Assembly (NCBI GenBank): GCA_963793265.1
Contig: CAWBZI010000004.1
Span: 160,001-224,000 of the forward strand
Direction: 5' to 3'
Length of the DNA stretch: 64,000 bases
From: an uncultured cyanobacterium
GTDB taxonomy: Bacteria > Cyanobacteriota > Cyanobacteriia > Phormidesmidales > Phormidesmidaceae
A program made the position numbers and the translations under genes. Shown piece by piece: positions 60,099 through 64,000 of this stretch; position 1 is the first letter of the stretch; the number at the start of each line of letters is the position of its first letter. The notes below the pieces were generated by a model that saw only the letters and a list, made by a program, of their open reading frames with translations, made no database searches and was not told the DNA's origin.

Positions 60099-61547
60099 AT
60101 GAAATCTGTCGTCGATCCAAATTCTATTCAGTTTAGGCTCACCGTTGGCATGGTGCTGGCGTCGGTGATTGGCATCGGCGGGCTCACTGGCTGGGTGAAC
60201 TGGCGAATGCGGGAGCTGTTAGTAGAGAACCATAAGAAAAATGCGCTGGCGATCGCAACTCGCCTCAGCGAAGACGTTGATCTCTACGAAAGAACGGCGA
60301 TGGCCCCTCAGGCGCTTTCGATGGCGATTGACTACCGCGAGCAGCCGGATGTAGCAATCTGGGTGCTGGCTCCTGACGGTAATATTTTGGCTAAATCGGA
60401 CACGCTCGGCATGGGCTCTTGGCAGGTGAACGGTTTTTCTGACGCGCTGATGACGGTTGCTCACAATAGCGCCAATGGTCTAGACGTGATGAACCTGCAG
60501 GATCGTCATTTGGTGACGTGCTCTAGCCCGCTGACAGTCGGCGGGGAGCAGATTGGGACGCTCTATGTGGTAGACGATATTACGGAGGATCAAAATAGCC
60601 TTCATGCGATTACGCGAGCGCTGGCGCTCTCTAGTTTGCTGGCGATTGGGGTGGGTGCGATCGCGACATCCCTTTACATAAACCGCTCAATGCGCCCCAT
60701 TCGCAAAATGAGCCGCCTGGCTGGGAATATCTCGGCGAGCAACTTGGCGAGCACTCAGCTAGAGTTTGACCGCGCGCCCACTGAGGTGCAAGAGCTGGCC
60801 CAAACGTGCAATATGATGATTTCTCGGCTTTCTGCCGCCTGGGATCAGCAGCGCCGGTTTGTGAGCGATGTTTCTCACGAGCTGCGGACGCCGTTAACAT
60901 TGGTTCACGGCTATTTGCAAAGTACGCTGCGCCGTAGTGACAACCTAAGCGTGCCGCAGCGAGAGGGTTTGGAGATTGCTGCTGAGGAAGCCGATAGAAC
61001 GATTAAGCTGCTGCAAGAGCTGTTGGATTTGGCTAGAGCGGACGGCGGGCACATGCGCTTTCATATGGAGTGTGAGCCCTTGGATACGGTGGTAAAAGAG
61101 GTGTTGGAGATGAGTCAGTATGCGAGCGATCGCACCGTTGCTAATCTAGAACCCGTAATGGCCTGGACGGATCGCAACCGTCTTAAGCAAGTTCTCATTA
61201 ACTTGGTAGATAATGCGATGAAGTACTCAGCAGACGATCAGCCGGTTGAGGTGTCGCTAAAAAAATTGGGCGATCGCGCCTCCATTGAGGTAAAAGATCG
61301 AGGTCGCGGCATTCCGCTGGCTGATTTGACTAAAATCTTCGACCCGTTTTTTCGGGTAGACGAAGACCGATCTCGCGCCACAGGCGGCACGGGCTTAGGC
61401 TTATCAATTGTTAAAACTCTGGTAGAAGGGATGAACGGTACTCTCAAGGTACAATCCAAGCTGGGCGAAGGCAGTGTGTTTGCTGTGAGCCTGCCATTAA
61501 AAGGAGAAACGGTGCGTAATACGTTAGGAGGCTCGTCGGATGTCTGA
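60099..61547 (+). CDS. Membrane sensor histidine kinase (2TM-HAMP-HisKA-HATPase)
   Basis: Motifs VSHELRTPL, NLVDNAMKY and GGTGLGL. Confidence 0.94.
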   Translation: MKSVVDPNSIQFRLTVGMVLASVIGIGGLTGWVNWRMRELLVENHKKNALAIATRLSEDVDLYERTAMAPQALSMAIDYREQPDVAIWVLAPDGNILAKSDTLGMGSWQVNGFSDALMTVAHNSANGLDVMNLQDRHLVTCSSPLTVGGEQIGTLYVVDDITEDQNSLHAITRALALSSLLAIGVGAIATSLYINRSMRPIRKMSRLAGNISASNLASTQLEFDRAPTEVQELAQTCNMMISRLSAAWDQQRRFVSDVSHELRTPLTLVHGYLQSTLRRSDNLSVPQREGLEIAAEEADRTIKLLQELLDLARADGGHMRFHMECEPLDTVVKEVLEMSQYASDRTVANLEPVMAWTDRNRLKQVLINLVDNAMKYSADDQPVEVSLKKLGDRASIEVKDRGRGIPLADLTKIFDPFFRVDEDRSRATGGTGLGLSIVKTLVEGMNGTLKVQSKLGEGSVFAVSLPLKGETVRNTLGGSSDV

Positions 61548-62223
61548 ACCCGCCGCGCGCATTTTGATTGTTGAAGATGAAGAAAAGCTGGCGAAGTTTG
61601 TGCAGCTAGAGCTGGGCTATGAAGGCTACGAAGTGACGGTTGCCAATGACGGCCTGAGCGGACTGATGGCGGCTCGTGATTCTGAGCCGGATTTGATTTT
61701 GCTTGACTGGATGATGCCGGGCCTAACAGGCGTGGAAGTGTGTCGGCGGCTGCGGGCAACCGGCGCGATGATGCCGGTGATTTTGCTCACGGCTAAAGAT
61801 GGCATTGAAGACCGGGTGGCGGGCCTAGATGCGGGGGCCGATGACTATGTGCTCAAGCCTTTTAGCATTGAGGAGCTGCTAGCTCGGGTGCGGGCGCACT
61901 TACGGCGCAATCAGGGGGATGATCCTGAGGCTTTTCAGTTTGCTGATTTGACGTTGAGTCGTAAGTCTCGTGAGGTGAAAAGGGGCGATCGCGCGGTGGA
62001 GCTAACGGCAAAAGAGTTCGATTTGTTGGACTATTTGATCTCGCATCCTAAACAGGTTTTGTCACGCGATCGCATTCTTGAAGAAGTGTGGGGCTACGAC
62101 TTTATGGGCGACTCAAACATTATTGAAGTGTATATTCGCTACCTGCGCCTGAAGCTAGAAGCTGAAAACGAAAGCCGCCTGATTCAGACAGTACGTGGTG
62201 TAGGCTATGTGATGCGTAGCTAA
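61540..62223 (+). CDS. OmpR-family response regulator, cognate to the upstream kinase
   Basis: Receiver plus winged HTH; overlaps the kinase stop by 8 bp. Confidence 0.94.
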   Translation: MSEPAARILIVEDEEKLAKFVQLELGYEGYEVTVANDGLSGLMAARDSEPDLILLDWMMPGLTGVEVCRRLRATGAMMPVILLTAKDGIEDRVAGLDAGADDYVLKPFSIEELLARVRAHLRRNQGDDPEAFQFADLTLSRKSREVKRGDRAVELTAKEFDLLDYLISHPKQVLSRDRILEEVWGYDFMGDSNIIEVYIRYLRLKLEAENESRLIQTVRGVGYVMRS

Positions 62224-62228
62224 GGGCT

Positions 62229-62660
62229 TTACGCTTCTATCGCTGAAATGAATGACTGTTGACCATACGCCAAAAGCTTACGATCTTTTGTTACGAGGCT
62301 TGCGCTTGTCAGTCGGCTAGTCGCTGCTAAAATCCTATCTGCTGGATCGCCGTGAATAGTTCCTGGCAAACGCGAACTTTCCACCGCGATTTCGGGTGTT
62401 ATCGGAACGAGCCCCAGCTTGGGTGCACTCAATGCCTCACGAACCCAGTCTATACAGGTTTTTTGGAGCTGTATTCTGCCTTTGGATTCCAACATGCCTA
62501 TTTCCCATACAGAGATAGCTGATACGCTCAGTTTCTCAGCAGAGACAATAGCCGATAGACAATCATCAGATAGTTTTTCTGTTTCTTTATTCAATAGCCA
62601 CAGCCAAACGTGAGTATCTAGTAAGAGATTTTGTTGCTTGCTCTTAGACGACTCGCTCAC
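62229..62660 (-). CDS. vapC: VapC/PIN-domain toxin
   Basis: Motifs LLLDTHVWLW, SAISVWEI, HGDPADRIL and LVTKD. Confidence 0.92.
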   Translation of the reverse strand: MSESSKSKQQNLLLDTHVWLWLLNKETEKLSDDCLSAIVSAEKLSVSAISVWEIGMLESKGRIQLQKTCIDWVREALSAPKLGLVPITPEIAVESSRLPGTIHGDPADRILAATSRLTSASLVTKDRKLLAYGQQSFISAIEA

Positions 62661-62887
62661 AAGCTATCTGCCTCCCAAACTTCATCCAAAGGCGCGACAA
62701 TATCACCTGTAATGACAACTGACCCCTCCATCCATCCAATGATTGAATCTTTTGGATCTGACTCTATCGGAACCAGTCGAGCGACAGGTCTACCGTGTTT
62801 TGTAATTACCACTTCTTCTTTCGTCTGCTGAACTTGATCCATCAACTTCAAACACTGCGCTTTAAACTGACCCGCTGCAATCTCCAT
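62657..62887 (-). CDS. Phd/YefM-family antitoxin
   Basis: AGQFKAQCLKLMDQV.....VVITKHGRPVARLVP; 4-bp overlap with the toxin. Confidence 0.92.
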   Translation of the reverse strand: MEIAAGQFKAQCLKLMDQVQQTKEEVVITKHGRPVARLVPIESDPKDSIIGWMEGSVVITGDIVAPLDEVWEADSL

Positions 62888-62953
62888 AAGGCAATCTCTA
62901 CAAGACGATGCTTTGCTACGCTTCCGTTGAATTCTAGAGTACTTTTTTTGAAG

Positions 62954-62973
62954 TAGTCACATATCCGTGACTA
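62954..62973. promoter_or_regulatory. Palindromic operator upstream of the TA operon
   Basis: TAGTCAC-ATATCC-GTGACTA, about 67 bp upstream of the antitoxin start. Confidence 0.55.
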
Positions 62974-63089
62974 TTCTTTATGGTGCTACATTCAAGATTG
63001 GATAAGAATCTGCTAATTTTTACCGTTAACCGCTATAGTGTTGGCGAACAAATTTTGATACATCCCTCTGCTTGACCGAGGCGAAAACT

Positions 63090-63440
63090 ATGAAGCAAGT
63101 CAATTTCGTAGTGATTTTCGTAATCTGCTTAGCCCTGGTTCTCTTTGGTATTGAGAACACGACGCCTACTGTAATTCATGTCGTCAAAGGGCTGGATTTT
63201 GAAGCGCCTTTGAGCGTGGAGCTGATTGTAGCTGCGGGCATTGGGGCGACGCTGGCGTGGGTGTTTAGCGTGTGGGTGCAGTTGCAGAGTATGGCGCAAA
63301 AGAAGCCTGAAATTGAGCAGCGCGAGCTGAGGATTCAGCAGCTAGAGGAAGATGTGGAGCGCTATAAGGTGGAGCTAGAGCAGCTACCAATGCTGCCTCA
63401 GTCTAAGGTTTCAGAAGAAGACGAGGCTTACGTATCGTAA
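63090..63440 (+). CDS. LapA/DUF1049-family membrane protein
   Basis: TM segment; FGIENT; APLSVELIVAAGIGA; coiled-coil tail. Confidence 0.8.
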   Translation: MKQVNFVVIFVICLALVLFGIENTTPTVIHVVKGLDFEAPLSVELIVAAGIGATLAWVFSVWVQLQSMAQKKPEIEQRELRIQQLEEDVERYKVELEQLPMLPQSKVSEEDEAYVS

Positions 63441-63792
63441 GCGCTTTAAGCTTGTTTGAAAATCCTTTTGGCTCGCATCTTTGCCGGATGCGGGCGCTTT
63501 TAGTAGAATGTATGTACTAAGGTGCGCAGCCGCTTTCTTGATCTATTGCTGCTTGATCCTAATTCTTAAGACAATTTTTGAGATTGGGGGTTGTGGTTTA
63601 TACCAATCACGTATACGCTTAGCGCACCATTAGGTAACTGTTTACATCCGGCAACACTTGTCAGACACCAATATTTTTCGTGGTGAGTCTTATAATTTTG
63701 TGGGGATTAAAGATTGTTTTGGGAGAAGACTTTTCTCTTTTTAAAAAACATACTCTCTTGATTGAAACTCATTTTCAGCGAATAGCTTTTCT

Positions 63793-64000
63793 ATGTCTAG
63801 TTCATTAGCTCAAGGTGCGATCGCTTTTCTTATTGATCTGGCTGAAAAAGGTGAAATCGATCCTTGGGACGTGCAGGTGATTGATGTAATCGATCGCTTT
63901 TTGAAGACGCTGCAAGACCAGCCGATTGTAAAAAAGCCGGTGGGGCAAGGGCACTCGTCTTATGAGTCGAGTTTGTCGGAGTCGGGGCAGGCTTTTTTGT
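63793..64000 (+). CDS. scpA: Segregation and condensation protein A (5' part; runs off the window; not in the ORF track)
   Basis: MSSSLAQGAIAFLIDLAEKGEIDPWDVQVIDVIDRFL...LSESGQAFL. Confidence 0.85.
   Translation, partial: MSSSLAQGAIAFLIDLAEKGEIDPWDVQVIDVIDRFLKTLQDQPIVKKPVGQGHSSYESSLSESGQAFL

Larger units (their letters stand above)
1000..63824. repeat. Dispersed HIP1 octamer GCGATCGC
   Basis: Dozens of copies across genes and intergenic regions; a cyanobacterial hallmark. Confidence 0.95.

Noticed and set aside
61238..61759. 173-aa minus-strand ORF (and similar antisense ORFs at 13433, 50210, 56516 and 57394)
   Set aside because: These are antisense shadows of well-supported genes.

Overview
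This is a 64-kb chromosomal segment of a cyanobacterium. The HIP1 octamer GCGATCGC recurs throughout, and ndhL, opcA, a pix-type phototaxis operon and a hetZ-like gene are present. A non-heterocystous Leptolyngbya/Phormidesmis-like lineage is my guess only. Most of the window is housekeeping or signalling: dnaJ-type, malQ, glmU, fbp-zwf-opcA, rsmE, hppD, larC, an intronless tRNA-Leu(UAA), ndhL, trpA, the start of scpA, two MscS channels and several two-component genes. The main candidate for an undescribed system is a tightly coupled operon at 16.6-22.6 kb encoding an APH/choline-kinase-like phosphotransferase, a YnjBCD-like ABC importer and a small unassigned radical SAM enzyme. It may be functionally linked to the arsS plus two TVP38/DedA genes at 57-60 kb (organoarsenic/arsenosugar handling). 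A small accessory patch at 2.3-4.8 kb holds a decayed TPR gene, a GTAG-REP doublet, a hidden 21-bp-periodic array beside a conserved uncharacterised gene, and a highly structured leader with an internal terminator (C4/attenuator-like). Other points of interest are a soluble PixJ with two DXCF GAF domains, a three-gene HTH cassette, a pair of paralogous microproteins, one intact and one broken VapBC-type locus, and recurrent short tandem duplications at gene ends. All annotations come from reading motifs; no database searches were run.
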